Positions 34,167 through 53,096 of a DNA stretch of 64,000 bases are shown here, one piece after another; within the stretch, counting starts at the first letter, position 1, and each line of letters opens with the position of its first letter. The position numbers and the translations under genes are program-made. Below the pieces are notes generated by a model. The model was given only the letters and a program-made list of their open reading frames with translations. It was not told where the DNA came from and ran no database searches. This stretch comes from the human T2T-CHM13v2.0 reference genome, Homo sapiens, in the NCBI RefSeq assembly GCF_009914755.1, contig NC_060932.1. One strand, 5' to 3'.

Positions 34167-35399
34167 TCTTGTTTTGTAGAATCTGTAACTGTCTCCCTGC
34201 TGATGGTGAGTAGAAAGGCTGAGGACGTAAAGAACTTTTGAAAAATCAGAAAGACATCGTATAGAACCCAGTGGGCTCTCATTATCAAAGGATGCTTTTG
34301 TGATGTTGGGGGCTGTAGCCCAAGTTCAGACATGGTCAGTCCCAGTGGGCACTTGTGCACGGAGCCGTTTCTTTTGAGTCTCATAAAGTTACAGTCTGAG
34401 AATTTATATTTGTTTGATTAAAGGCCGAGGAGAAAGCAGTTAACAACAGTTCCCTTTTGTGTCATCGTGCTGGAGAATGAGCCACGGCAAATCGCTGAAT
34501 TGGTGCTGTTCTTGCTTCTTGCAAAGCACAGTCATTTGAGACCTTCTGCCTTGACCAGAGGGACGAGCCCCATGGAGAGTGAGCAGGAACCTTACTGTTC
34601 AAATCAATGACTCGTAATTCAAATCCCAGCACTTTAGTGGTTTACTTCTTAAAATATAACTGGCTTTTGGACATAGTTTGGGTCTAGCCTACATTTTATT
34701 GCCATAGACATAAAATATCGTTGAGAACAGAGAGGTGACTTGGTCGTAGCCAATGAGCAGGTGAATTGAGCACATGCATGTTTGTTGACTGTCTGTCACC
34801 AGCGCCCAGGAAGTGACAGAATGCCAAGCCTGTACATGGTCCCCTTTTATTCACTAACTGATGATCTTCATTACTTGAAGGTAAACAGCGTTTTCACTAA
34901 TCTCTAGTTTCCTCTTCTGTAAAATGTAGATGGTTATTTCCACCTTTTGTTTGCTGAAATGAATGGGTGGTCGCCAGACACATGCCCTTGGAAGACAGGA
35001 AGAAAGGAGGTGTTTTCTCCGCCTCCTGGTCGATGTTATGTGTGTTTATTCAGCAACTGACCTTTCATAGTGTGATTGGCAACAGATATCCTCCTGCTAG
35101 ACATTAAAGCAAACACATATTTAACTTGAAAATGTGTTCATTTTCATGCTTCTTTCTTTCTCATTGCCCATTGCTGTGTGATCAGAACTAGAAGGGGCGA
35201 AATACAGAAACAGAATACAGCCAGAAGAGGCAAACGACAGAAATTCAAATTGCCGTATGACAACACGAATTTGTAGTTTTAAAAAAATCGGTTCTGTTAG
35301 TGTGATAATATGCAAAATATGTCTCCACGTGGACAAAAAATGGGCAAGAATATATTTAGTTGTGTTTTGGGAATCAGAGTATGGGTAGTTTTTTTTAAA

Positions 35400-35860
<461 letters not shown>

Positions 35861-36271
35861 TAAAAGTCAGAGTCCATTTTGGAGACAGACTTTCTCAAGC
35901 ACTCTCCTTCCAGGTGTTTGTTCTTTTATTCCTTACCGAGGTAAAACACACGTACAGACAAACGCACAAATTCCAGTGATTTCCCACAAATTGAACACAC
36001 ACATGTAACTAGCACCCAGATGAGGAAACAGAGCATGACCAGGACTTCCCCTTCCAAAATATACCTCCCTTTGTGCCACCTGTCAGGCACTACCGCAGAC
36101 CTGGGGCCACTCTGCTGTCACCCAGCAGCTTGGTGACTTTGCTTTTGGTGAAAGGTCCTGGAGCTGCTGCTGCAGACGCTGGGGAGATTCCAGTGTGATT
36201 AGAAACGCTAACGATGACAACTGCGTTCTCATCTTTATTTTGCGGTTTGAGTTTTGTGTTTCGAATTTCAG

Positions 36272-36383
36272 TTTATTGGCTCTTCTGAAGCCCTGTAAAG
36301 ATTTTGAAGTGGACAGTCATATAAAAGATTTCGCTGCGAAGCTGTCTTTAATACCCAGCCCGCCACCTGGACCGCTCCATTTG
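36272..36383 (+). CDS. DENND3: DENND3 exon 5 ([37 protein letters not shown])
   Basis: Acceptor TTTCAG|T, donor TTG|GTAAAG; 112 nt, phase 2 to 0; IPxPPPG DENN motif. Confidence 0.95.
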
Positions 36384-36486
36384 GTAAAGTATATCTGAAA
36401 TTATATTGTTTTTTCTTTGCAAATAGTAAAAGTAAGATGTTGAAGATAATGTAAATGCTCACAACTATTTCTGAAGTTCTAGCTGT

Positions 36487-37658
36487 TGTAAACCTAAAAT
36501 AACATCCTAACCCCCCCGCCTCCCCACAGCTGACTGACTGGACCCCCTTTTGGCCAAGGGGACCCCAGAGAAACCCAAAAAACAGAATGACTGGCCAGAA
36601 TGGAAGGGAGGTCAGACACGCCTGGTTATACCCTCTCCCTCTTGCGTGAGTGTATGGGGTGTTTGTGTATAGGGTTGTAAACTAAAACGAAAATCCTAAG
36701 CCTCCCTACTGACTGAACAGGTTCCCTCTTGGCCAACGGGACCCTAGAAAAACCTTAAAAATGAAATTCCCGGCCATGACAGGAAGGAAGGTCAGACACG
36801 CCTTGTTATGCCCGCTCCCTTTTGGAGTTTAGGCACAGCTGACCAGCATTAGGTTAAAATGGAGATCCTAAGACCGACAGAACAGACTCTCTGTGGCCAT
36901 AAGATTCCAAATTATGAACAAAACCTAAGGTCACACAAAGCAAGGGTTAAGTCACTCCCTACAAACCATAAGAGCTCCTTAAACAGGTATAATGTAGCTT
37001 ACTTTCCAACCTGACTCTGGTATAGCATCCATGACAGATAGCAGACCCTGAAGAAAATCAAAGTATTTTACTGCAAATATGTTTCTTTGACATATTTTGA
37101 AATGGCACTGCAAAGCTGTCTTTTGTGGGGGAAATTTGCATCTGTAGAGAATCTATTCATGCAGCCAGGCCTGCCTTCCTAGGCCTTTGCCAGATCTAGG
37201 AGAGATGAACTGAGAGCCTGACACCTTTAAAGTGTGAAAAGAGACATTCACCATCTCTTCTCTCTGAGGGCTGCCACCTGTGAGGCTTCATTTATGTAGC
37301 AAGGGCCTCAGCCGCACACCCCCTTATCTTGACTCAGGCCTTCTTTCCCACTGACTTCAGATCTTTAGACAGTAGCTCATCTTTCTCAACCAATTGCCAA
37401 GTAAAGAATCCCTGAAACCCACCTATGACTTATACCCTCCTTCCTCTTTGAGATGCCTCACCTTTTTGGGCCAAACCAACCTCAACCTTCCATGGACTGA
37501 TGTATGTCTTTGCCTGTCACTCCTGTCTCTGTAAAATGCATAAAACCAAACTGTAACCCGGCCCTCTGGGGACCACTCTTTAGACTGTTCCCTAGGCCAC
37601 GGTCACTCAGAATAAACCCCTTTAAAATATTTGATAGAGTTTGGTTTTTCCATTAACA
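36487..37658 (+). mobile_element. ERV1 MER4-group LTR (MER4D/E-like) preceded by a duplicated 5' segment
   Basis: TG...CA termini, AATAAA at 37611, CTGT TSD on both flanks; second LTR start at 36676. Confidence 0.82.
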
Positions 37659-37822
37659 CTGTGCTTAAATTATGTTTCTCAAGGTCCTTATGGGAACATT
37701 TTATATACTCTTCCTAAAGGTGAAAAGTTAAATATTTAGACTTGAGTTTTGCAGAGTGGGCTGTGATAAACAGAGCTAGTGATATGTCGTGGCACTTCAG
37801 TGGTTAGCATGTCAGTTCATAG

Positions 37823-38244
<422 letters not shown>

Positions 38245-39699
38245 CTGGATATTGTATTTCATTTGTTAGTGTTTTCTCTTGTACAGTGTGATTAATGAGA
38301 AGTAACTGGTTTTATATTTTTTGTTACTCTTAGATGTAGTGCTGTGTTACTTAATGAACAGGCAAACATTTCCCAGGCTGGTTTTTTTTCTGAGAGATGT
38401 TATTGGCGATTTCAAGACACAGGGTTTGGGGTTAAGTGAAGCTGGAGATGTGGCTGGCCACCTTCCCCTTTTGTTTGTTGAGAAACATGTCAGGTTGCTC
38501 AGCTATGTGAAGAAACCTGTTTGACTCAGCATGTTCCAAACTAATTTTAACTGTACTTAGGATGCTGCTTTTTATTTTTTCCTTTAATAGACACCCGTCA
38601 AACGTCTCAAAATGTTTAGTAAATGTCGATTCAGTTTCATTGTGCTAGTCCTCTGAAAGATTATACGTATTAATCTTGATCTTCTACATTTTTCTTTACT
38701 GACAATGGAAAAAATAAGTTTCTTGTATCAAAAGACACATGATTGTGAACTTAAAATGTGCGTTTTTAACATTACCCCAACCCCAGCAGTCTGCTGGGTG
38801 GAAAATCCTGCCGGTGCATTCCAGTCCAGATACGCAGCAGGCCACCCGTCTCTGTCAGCTCTGCTCCCAGAAGCCTTTGTAGGGCATGTTTATCGGCCGC
38901 GTGTTTTATGTGGATAGTTGGCATTTTCTTGTCAACAGTATGTGCAGTGAAATCATCAAAGTTTATGTTCTTGTTCTGTAAACGCAGCAAGTATTTACTG
39001 AGGGCCTGTGAGATCCGTGAACAGAGCCAGACCTCTGACTTGAGAGCAGTTTCAGGGTCAGCAGTAATGAGCTGCACTCGGCCTTTGAACATAAGGAATG
39101 CGTGCGTAGCACTCCCAGCGCTGCTCCGGGTCTCCTGGCCCGATGACTCTCGGCTCCTTCATCTCGACGCACCCGTGAGGAAGGTGACTGAGGGTTGCCG
39201 CTGGCCTGCTCTTCCCTCACCCATTCCGTCCATCACTCAGCCTCGCCGGACTACCTTCAGTGTTCCTTTCCAGTTTGCCCATTTCCTTGCTGCCACTTCA
39301 CTCTGGGTCACCAGCTGCTCCCCGCTGCGTGACTTGGGGACCACTGGCCTGTCTGCTTTGGTTCATTCTCCACCCTTCCATTTGTCCTCTGCACAGTGGC
39401 TGCAGAGATTATTAACATGTGGATATTGGGCTTTGCTTCTCTTCCCCAAGCCCCACAACAGTTTCTCACCGTCTACCTTCCTCAGTCCTGCAGCCTGGAC
39501 CCTGTCTCACTGTCCAGCTCTGTTTTATGCCACTCCCCCAGCGTGCTGATGTCTGGCCTCACTGGACTCCTGTCCATTCCCTGAAGGTGCCGCCACAGGG
39601 CCCTTGCACACGCTGTTTCCACAAACACTGTTTCCTCCATTTTCTTGTGGCCAGCTGTGGCTCATCTCTGGTCACTCTCAGCGGTCAGGTCTTCGGATC

Positions 39700-39910
39700 G
39701 TCTTCTCTGAGTGACCCCCACTCCCCGTCTCTCCGATAGCACCCAGTTCTCATCCCGCAGGGCACGGCACAGTTTGTAATTAGGGCTTCTGTGCATGTGT
39801 TTTTGTTTAATGTTCGTCTCCCCCATCAGACTCTGAGCTGCACGAAGGTAGAGGCCACACCCAGCACCGCATATCCAGAGCTCACAGCCGGGCCCGCACA
39901 GAGCTGCCCA
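39700..39910 (+). mobile_element. Degenerate L2 3' fragment
   Basis: GTCTCCCCCATCAGACTCTGAGCTGCACGAAGGTAGAG resembles the L2 3' end. Confidence 0.5.
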
Positions 39911-41004
39911 GCAGTGAGCTGTGTGGTGGGCGAGCGTGTGCAGGGATGCCTCGGATTGCTGTGTTAGCCAGTCAGTGCCTGCTGATCTGCGTCCCGTGCG
40001 TGTGTCTGAATGAGTGACTCAGTCTGTATCGGGCTTGACTCAGTGCAGCTCTCCCATACCAAGTCTAATTAGCTACTGGCTCTAAGTTGGTATAATGCTT
40101 GTGATCTGTTTTAGGGAATGTCATACATGAGTGTTTATTGTTTTGAATAAATCCAAGAGGTCAGTGTAGGCCAAGGTTCTCATCTGATGCAGGAGCCAAC
40201 CCAGCCATATTTTCTAGAACCCACTGCAAGCTTAGAGGCTGTTTTCGAGAGCAGTAGTGAGATGGGTCTTGTGTTTTGAATGCGTGTGTGTGCGTTCCTC
40301 ATTACTTCTGGTCCGGGTTATCTCTGATCTATGCTGGTGGAAAGGAGGGAGGAGGGAGGGGGCCCCATGGCACAGGGGGTAGAGGACAGAGCCATGCCCT
40401 GTGCCTTGATTCCCTGGTTCCCGTTCAGCCCCCTTCCTCTGATGGTGCATGGACCAACAGCCGGAGCAGGGCAAAGACTAGAAACAGCCCCACTCTGCGC
40501 TCACCTGCCTTTTCTTGCCCTCCAGCGGGACTGATTTTACTTGCTTTGCAAATCTTTGGCTTAATTGGGTGTGCAAAATCTCACACACACACACATTCTT
40601 CTCTTGTACCGTATCTGAGTCATTTTCTATGTTGCTTTGTATGTGACACCTGTTCTTTCCTGGGGCTCAAATCAAGCTGAGATTTGGAAACTGTTTACCT
40701 TAAATATCTCTCTCCTCAGTCTGTTCATCTATGGAGTGGGTGAAATAACAGCCCACTTCAGAGAGTATGAATATTATATGCTGGAAAATCTCTAGCATGC
40801 ACCCGAGACCAACCAAAGGCTGGTGGAGTGATTAGCATTTGTATTTTTTTTTTTAATCTTTAATTGGATAGCTGGTCGGCACATTTGTTTTTTGAAATAT
40901 TGAAAATGTTTCATGTAAAGTTGACAATTATTAATACTGTGCCACAACTTGGATAATTTAACTTTGATTTCTTTTCTTTTACATAAAGAACTTTATTCAC
41001 ATAA

Positions 41005-41325
<321 letters not shown>

Positions 41326-41382
41326 TAACATGGCTTGCTTCTGTACACAAATTGGTAACAAGAAAGCAAAGAGACCCAAGCA

Positions 41383-41923
41383 CAGTAGGTCCTCAGCGTG
41401 GCTGGCAGGTTCTCAGAAACTGCAACATTAAGCCCTGGGTCACAAAATCAATTTCACCATAAACTAATTGATGCAGACAAGAGTTAAGTTCCTATGGCAT
41501 ACTACTGGTCATAAAAAATCACCAAACTTCTAAATAAAGACCCAAAGCACTTCTGATATTAAACATTGAAGTAAATGGGAGCTGTACACACATTTAAGAA
41601 CAATTAATTAAAGTAAGGAGGAACATCATTTACCTGCTTATTGCAGTTCAGGGTTGAGGGTGGACGGAGGCCATCCCGGCAGCTTAGGGCCAAGGCGGGA
41701 ACCAGCCCTGGCCGGATGCTGTCCCATGGCAGGGCCAATCCCACGCTCTCCCACACTTGCTCACACGGGGACCTGTCCATATGTGCCGGTTGGGCTTCAG
41801 GAGGACCTGGAGAAAACCTAGCCGGGCACGGGCATGAGGAGAATGTGAAGGTGTCCCCCGCTGGGACGCGATTCCTTTTTCTCATCAACATTATAACAAA
41901 ACGATGTTATTCAAGGACCTGCG
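41383..41923 (-). mobile_element. MER82-like Tigger-family DNA transposon
   Basis: Inverted ends CAGTAGGTCCT / AGGACCTGC; internal sequence matches the recalled MER82 consensus. Confidence 0.78.
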
Positions 41924-42933
41924 TCTTGTTAGGAAGCAACGCTGGTGTCCCCACCACCAAGAAATTACCACCTTTTCTTGTTTTCAGTTTCTCGTGTGCA
42001 GGCATGCTTAGAATACAGACTTGGGAGACTGGGAGAAAGCAGGGCCACGGGAGACCTTGTTTGTGACCTGTTTTCTCCCCCCGGCTCCCTGCTTCGCTTG
42101 ATTTCTTACCCTCCCAGGTGTTCCCTTGATGGAGTCTCAGCTGTCTGCTCTGATCATGTCTCTCCTTTCTGTCTCCCTGTGCTTTGCTTACACTTAGATC
42201 CGTCCATTACGCTCGTTTCCTGGAGCTTTGGGTGCCGAGCTGGGCACCCAGCATTTCCTGAGGGCCTCCCACGTGCCAGCACCCGGGTGGCAGGAACTCG
42301 CTGTTTGCAGCCCATTTCCTGGCAGGCTCAGAAGCCCTCCCTCAGTGAAGGAACTGAACCTTCTCCTCTGGATTTCCTCCGCCAGGTCCAGCCGTGTCTC
42401 AGTAGCCATTCTGTGAATACAGAATTTGAACTGAAGTGTGACTTCAAAGTAATACATTTAGAAAAACGTCTTTCTTAAAATTTGAAATGCACATGTCTTG
42501 AAGGAGCTTTGACTATTAAATTGTCAAAGCTATTAAAAGAGAGTTCATAGCATACACTAACTAAAAAGAATATGTAATACCTAAGAATAATTTGAACATG
42601 CTTGATTTAGAATTTGTGTTAATTGGGACAAATATCTGTCCTGTAGTTTATCTCTGTCTAGACAATGAGTAGTTTGCTGATTAATTAGAGCTTAAGGAAT
42701 TTTGGCTTACTTAGAAAAAGACATTAAGTACTTAATTTATGTTTGAGCCTTTATCGGCAGTTCTGTATATCTCTAGACCGTTTGGTTATTCTGCAGAATT
42801 TAACGTGGCAGCCTGTGTCTTCAGAAATGGTTTCTAACTCTGATGCCCTGGGCACCGAAATAGTGACAGTAGTGCACGTCAGCCTCTGCCCGGAGCAGCT
42901 CTCTGAACTAATGACGGGAACTGGTTGTCGTAG

Positions 42934-43053
42934 GTATTTAACATGAAGTCGCTCCAGATTGTGTTACCTGCCCGAGCAGACCCCGAAAGCCCCATCCTGG
43001 ACCTGGACCTTCACCTGCCCTTGCTGTGCTTCAGGCCTGAGAAGGTGCTACAG
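42934..43053 (+). CDS. DENND3: DENND3 exon 6 ([40 protein letters not shown])
   Basis: Acceptor TCGTAG|GTA, donor CAG|GTACGC; 120 nt, phase 0 to 0. Confidence 0.94.
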
Positions 43054-43377
43054 GTACGCGGCCCTGCCCCGGCGAGCGCGTCTTGTGCTCCCTGCCTTAG
43101 TGGGGCATCAGAGCAACGATCAGAGATGATGAAGATGCGAGTTTATTCCACAATGCACCGACTGGTATACTCGAAATGTTTATTATTATTTTTTAAAGCC
43201 AATGTTCCCTACAGTGCATGATATTTGCAAATGGCACCCTTTGCAGAGTCTCAGGTGGCTTTTGTTTGGCAGATGGAGCTGAGGGACCAGGGAAGAGCCC
43301 GCAGTCAGTCTGGTTTGGTTGGGTGGTGTGTTTATGAGCATTTTCTCTTTATTGTACTGAATCAGAAGTGTGTACAT

Positions 43378-43664
43378 GGGCCGGGTGCGGTGGCTCATGC
43401 CTGTAATCCCAGTACTTTGGGAGGCGAAGTGGAAGGATTGCTTGAGGCCAGGAGTTTGAGAACAGCCTGAGCAACATAGGGAGACCTTGTCTCCACAGAA
43501 AAATTTTACAATGAGCTGGATGTGGAGGCACGTTGCTGAGGTCCCATCTGCTTGGGAGGCCAAGGTGGGAGGATTGCTTAAGCCCAGGAGTTCGAGGCTG
43601 CAGTGAGCTATGATCACACCACTGCACTCCAGCCTGGGCTGGGCAACACAGCGAGACCCTGTCT
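43378..43664 (+). mobile_element. AluJ
   Basis: Sense Alu in the short intron 6. Confidence 0.88.
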
Positions 43665-43718
43665 GTATTTTTTTTTTTTTTAAAAGCATGTACTCAGTGC
43701 GGCGGGTTCTCCCCTCAG

Positions 43719-43937
43719 ATCCTGACATGCATCCTGACGGAACAGCGGATCGTCTTCTTCTCCTCGGACTGGGCTCTGCTGACGCTGGTCACTGAGTGCT
43801 TCATGGCCTACCTGTATCCGCTGCAGTGGCAGCACCCCTTCGTGCCCATCCTGTCGGACCAGATGCTGGATTTCGTCATGGCCCCCACGTCCTTCCTGAT
43901 GGGCTGCCATCTCGACCACTTCGAAGAAGTCAGCAAG
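43719..43937 (+). CDS. DENND3: DENND3 exon 7 ([16 protein letters not shown]...[15 protein letters not shown]...APTSFLMGC...EVSK)
   Basis: Acceptor CCTCAG|ATC, donor AAG|GTTAGG; 219 nt, phase 0 to 0; classic core-DENN motifs (LYPxxWQHxxVPIL, APTxFLMG). Confidence 0.97.
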
Positions 43938-44339
43938 GTTAGGTAGCGAACCTTTGACTTGGAATGCTAAATTCCTGTGAGTCCATCACGGGGACACATG
44001 GGAAGATGCGTCTGAAAGTGCTCCGCGGTGAAGGCGGGGTCTGTGTGCCGCAGAGAGGTCACGGGTACCGTGAGAAGTGGCTGTTCACTCACTGTGTCAT
44101 TGTCCTGTGATGAAGCCGGGACCCCTTAGTCTCCTAGTGGAGACAGGACAGTGAGTGTGCCCACCTCATTGTCCCGGTGAGGGCCGAGTGAGGCAGTAGC
44201 CAGCACTGGGCCTGCAGCAGGTGCTCATAGATGGTACTGTTGTGACCCCTCTGTGAATCTGACACAGCATGTTTTTAGTTGGTGAGCTGATGGATTTGTG
44301 CTAAATATTGCAATGATGCCAGGAGGTGGACTGGGTTTG

Positions 44340-45508
<1,169 letters not shown>

Positions 45509-46262
45509 TAAGTGTGCACAAAAATAGAAGAACACAGCGTGTGTCATGCGCCCCTCACAGTCCTCAGCCTGTTGCCAGCTTCGCAGTCACCCCCAGCCCC
45601 GCTTTTCCCGGAGCGTTTTAAAGCAAATCCCAGGGTCCAGATGCTTCCCCCACAAGTGTTGGGAAGGGCCCGTTGGCTGGGCCCGGCCAGGGTCCCCGCT
45701 GCGGGGGAGAACAGTGCTTGTGTGTTCCTGCCAAGGCGAGTGACTCACTGGGGAAAACACACTTCAGGAAAAGGCCAGGCAGACCTCTGTGGAAGGAACG
45801 GAAAAGCGTCATCCATCCCGCCTCGCAGACGAGGAGAAAATAAGCTGTGTTGTGAAGTTTAAAGTTGTTTCTTTTTTTAGTCATTAGGGGAACAAAATTG
45901 TGTTTCAGGCTCTTTTAGGAGGACAACTTTCTTCCACATGTTCACCTAGCAGTTCCAGTCAGCAGTGGGGGACACCTTTGAGGCACTCACCTGTTGGGAA
46001 AGATTTCAGGAGAGGCAGCTGCTCTTCTGGATTTGTTTGGGTGTTTTGTTTTTGTGTTTTGTGGCTGGCGGTGGGATCTGCAGGAAGGAGCTGGCAGTGA
46101 CCCTATGCGCCTCCACCAAACACTTGTGTCTCCCAAAGACGCTGGGCGTTAACACATCCACGGGACCGGCTGTGTGCCTCGCTGCTTTAGCGTTTTGTGT
46201 ATTTGCCTTGTAAGGTTTTGAGGCCAAGAATGTGTTTGCACATATTTCATGTAGCCACCTGA

Positions 46263-47400
<1,138 letters not shown>

Positions 47401-47437
47401 AAAGGCATATTTAATCAAATTTAGCCCATTAACATAG

Positions 47438-47818
<381 letters not shown>

Positions 47819-47947
47819 TAAAGAGGGTCATTTAATTAATGATGACACTGTCTTAGTGAACTCAAAACATATTTATGTGTTTTCAAAGAGGTATACAAAT
47901 TCCGAAATTCTTTTATCAATCTTTACAGATGATTCCTTGTTTTCTAG

Positions 47948-48489
<542 letters not shown>

Positions 48490-48631
48490 TGAATATTTTG
48501 AAATGAAAGTGATTTGTCTTTATTCCAATCTTGTCTGAATGTTACTTCAAGTCAAGAGACAGTCACATCCTGTCTCTTGAGAGGAAACCTACTCAACCTC
48601 TGTGCTGTGCCCCAGGATCCTGTGCCTGTGA

Positions 48632-49183
<552 letters not shown>

Positions 49184-49836
49184 GCACTTAATTTTTTCAC
49201 ACCGTTTTATAGTTTATGTTTTCTTTCATCTCTGTTACTCAACCTCATTGGCTTAGATCAGGCGTCAGCAAACTTTTTCCAACAAGTGTCAAATAATATT
49301 TCATGCTTTGGGGCTCTGAGGTCTCTGTCGAGGTGCAAAGGCTTGGCAGGGACTTTGGTCAGGGGAGGGTGAGAGGAGGTGTAATTGCTAATTACGTCAG
49401 GACGGAGATGTTGGGTGTGCCCCAAGCAGTGACTCAGCTTCAGTGCCAGGGCTCCCTCGGGGTTGCTCTGCGGAGCTCATTTTTCCCTTCAGCATTTTAT
49501 AAAATGATAGCAGGAGGAGAGATCCTGCTCTTGAGTCCTCACAACCTGTGGGTCCAACTGCAGCCAGGCCCTGAGTGCGGTCGTGGAGGTGACGCTGGAG
49601 GGAGGGGAGCGCTTAGGCTTTTTGCAAACAGCCGGGCTGTACTTGCTTCTGGTGAAGCCTGTGATGCAGTCTGGATTTCAGTCAGCCATCACCTTTCTTC
49701 TCTTCGCCTTCCTTTGTCTGCATTGGGAGGAGTGGGAAGGAGGAGGGCGGTTTCTGGCCTGGCCTTTCACCTGGCTTTTCTGATTTCTGACTCTTACCTT
49801 GGTGTGGATTATTCCTTCTACCTGGAAGGTTTCTGA

Positions 49837-50211
<375 letters not shown>

Positions 50212-52197
50212 TAAAGCCAAGCGATGGTCCTGCACAGGCAAGGCTGGTTTCTGCTTGCTTGGGCTGTGGAATCGCTGGGCTCTCCTCCCCAGCCAAGGGC
50301 ACCTGAGCAGCTGTTCTGTTGGCAACTGTCCTCTGCGTGAACTTTGAAGGAGACACGTGCTTTCCCAATCATCTCAGTTACTTTCTGGTAAGCCACAGCT
50401 GCTTCCTTGACTTTTAGAGCGTGACATTCTGTAATAGAACTGAGCTTTGTGAGACTGTGTTGAAGCTCTGAGCATTCCCAGGAAGGTAGGATTCTGCCTG
50501 CATCCTCATCTTCTTGTTAGAATTCCGGAATAGAAACACACACGATACGGAGGCTGGGCCCCGCTTTGGCTAGATCCCCCAGAATGGGGATGCAGGATGT
50601 CGTGTCTCCCACAGCCTCATTTTTGGAGACTCTTTTGTAAACACAAGCTAATCCCTGTGCCATGGGTGACCTGTCTATAAGAGGCCTCTGAGCTCATGAT
50701 ACAGGTTGTGGGCTGCGGTGTCGTTGGGGTGCCTGCTCAAGGGGCTCTGGAGTACAATATGCATCTCTCTGCACATGAGCGTGTGGCTGGGAGGGACGGG
50801 GCAGCCCCCTCCTTGCCCAGCTTTCCCCAGCACCCTTGGCTCTTGGTCACTCTCTTCACTGCTGTCTTCATCTCTGATGGAAGTCGCTCTCTCCCTGGGC
50901 AGCAGGGGTAGGGTCGCCAGCTCAGGGCTATGCTGGCTGCGTGCTTGGGTGAGGGAGGCATGGGGTTCCGGGAGAGGGGATGGCCATCTCCTTCAGACCC
51001 CACTGTCCCTGCACCAGAAGATGCAGTAAGAGAAGCTGCCACTCCAGGTGGCATCATAGCCCTTTTTACATGAGGAAAGTCATCAAAATTTCTTTCCCTG
51101 GCATTCTGCGTGTTCTTTCAGATGAAAGGCCAGTTTGGTGCTGGTAAACATCACAGTTCTTGAGACCCATCTAGGCAAGGGTAGTTGCCCAAGTCCTGTG
51201 AGTCTGGTCAGCCAGGGCTGGGCTGGCCCCTCAGCAGCTGCTGCTCAGCACGTTTGGAGAGAACCCTGGTCCTGGCCCTGGCACCGCGTGCCTGCCTGCT
51301 ACCATCCCCTGGTGGGCCACTCTACCCAGAATCCCGTTCTTCCCTTTTCCTGTCCCTGCCTCCAGGAGGGTCAGGCAGCGGCAGGGGCCTGTGGCCAGTG
51401 CACCCTTCCCATCACAGAGAAGATTGGCTCCTGCCGGCCATGCTGACCTGGCCCACACTCCCACTCCCCCTACCATGCTGGGCCGCACTGGGTCCATCAA
51501 GTCCCCCGTCTGTGTCTTCCTGTCACATCTCCGGTTCCAGGTCGTCTCCTGGGAGAACTCTTCTCTGCCCGCTCAGTCTGACTGCCGTGTCTCTCTAGCC
51601 CATCGCTCTGATGTGCGTTTCTGCCTGATGTCCTCATTATCTCCTGTTTTCTTGATTTGTCTCTTTTCCTACTTCCTCCCACTCACATGGAAGTGCCACG
51701 CAGGCAGGGGCTTGGCCTGTGTCCACCACCCATCCCTAGCACACAGATCAGTGTATGGCGTACAGTAGGTGCTCAAGAAATATGTGTGACCAGATATGCG
51801 TTGGTTCTGTTTATTTTGTATATTTCTAACGTCCCTCTAGACATGCAGCCTTTAGTGGTGTTGGGAAGGCCAGGGGTCCAATCTCATGGTGGCTCAGGGT
51901 TGACAGATATCTGTGAGTTCCTGTCCCTGAGTGAGGCCCTCTGGGGTGAGCCTTTGGCCATCTCCTGGTGGGCCAAGAGTGGTGACACCCGGGACGTTTG
52001 TTGCAGGGCACAGAGGGGCATCTGATCCTGCCTGGGCAGGAAGTACAGAGGGGAAGCCATGGGGGAGCTGTGACTGTCCCTTCTAGGCAGCCATGAGTGA
52101 CCCGTCAAGAGGCAGCCTGACCTGGAAGCCTTTGGTGACCTAGAAGGGGGAGTGCCCTCACTGCAGTGGCAGGACAGGAATGAGCTGGCCTGGGTGA

Positions 52198-52578
<381 letters not shown>

Positions 52579-52730
52579 CCAGTGATGTACTTTAATGACC
52601 ACCCGCCCCTCAAATTATTGATCGGTATTTGTGTCTGTGAAGTGTTCATTTACCTGGTGGGCTGTGTGCTGGTGAGCGGCCGTGGCCAGTGCTGCTGGGG
52701 CTGAGCTAGCTTCGGTCTGCCTCCTTCCAG

Positions 52731-52886
52731 GGTGCAGAGCCTCCAGCTCCACCATGAGCTGCACGCCGCCCACCTCCTCTCCAGCACAGACCTGAAGGAG
52801 GGCCGAGCCCACCGGCGGTCCTGGCAGCAGAAACTCAACTGCCAGATACAGCAGACCACCCTGCAGCTGCTCGTGAGCATCTTCAG
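52731..52886 (+). CDS. DENND3: DENND3 exon 9 ([11 protein letters not shown]...[10 protein letters not shown])
   Basis: Acceptor CTTCCAG|G, donor CAG|GTACGT; 156 nt, phase 2 to 2. Confidence 0.95.
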
Positions 52887-53096
52887 GTACGTGAGAGAAC
52901 ATTCCCAGTGTCCATGAGGAGGTAACCAGCCAGCCATCCATTCTATGGGGATCGTGCACCCCGCCCCAGAGGGCAGGCCATTAGTACCATTTGCCTGGCA
53001 AACATGAGTGGTCCCCGCCCCCTGCCAAAGCTTTTCTTGTGACTGTAACAATCAGCAGTTACAGGGAGTTTGTTCTTTTGATTCTGACCTTGCCTG

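Noticed and set aside
43938-43948. Tandem donor GTTAG|GTAGCG after exon 7
   Set aside because: The second GT would frameshift by 5 nt and is weak; probably splicing noise at most.
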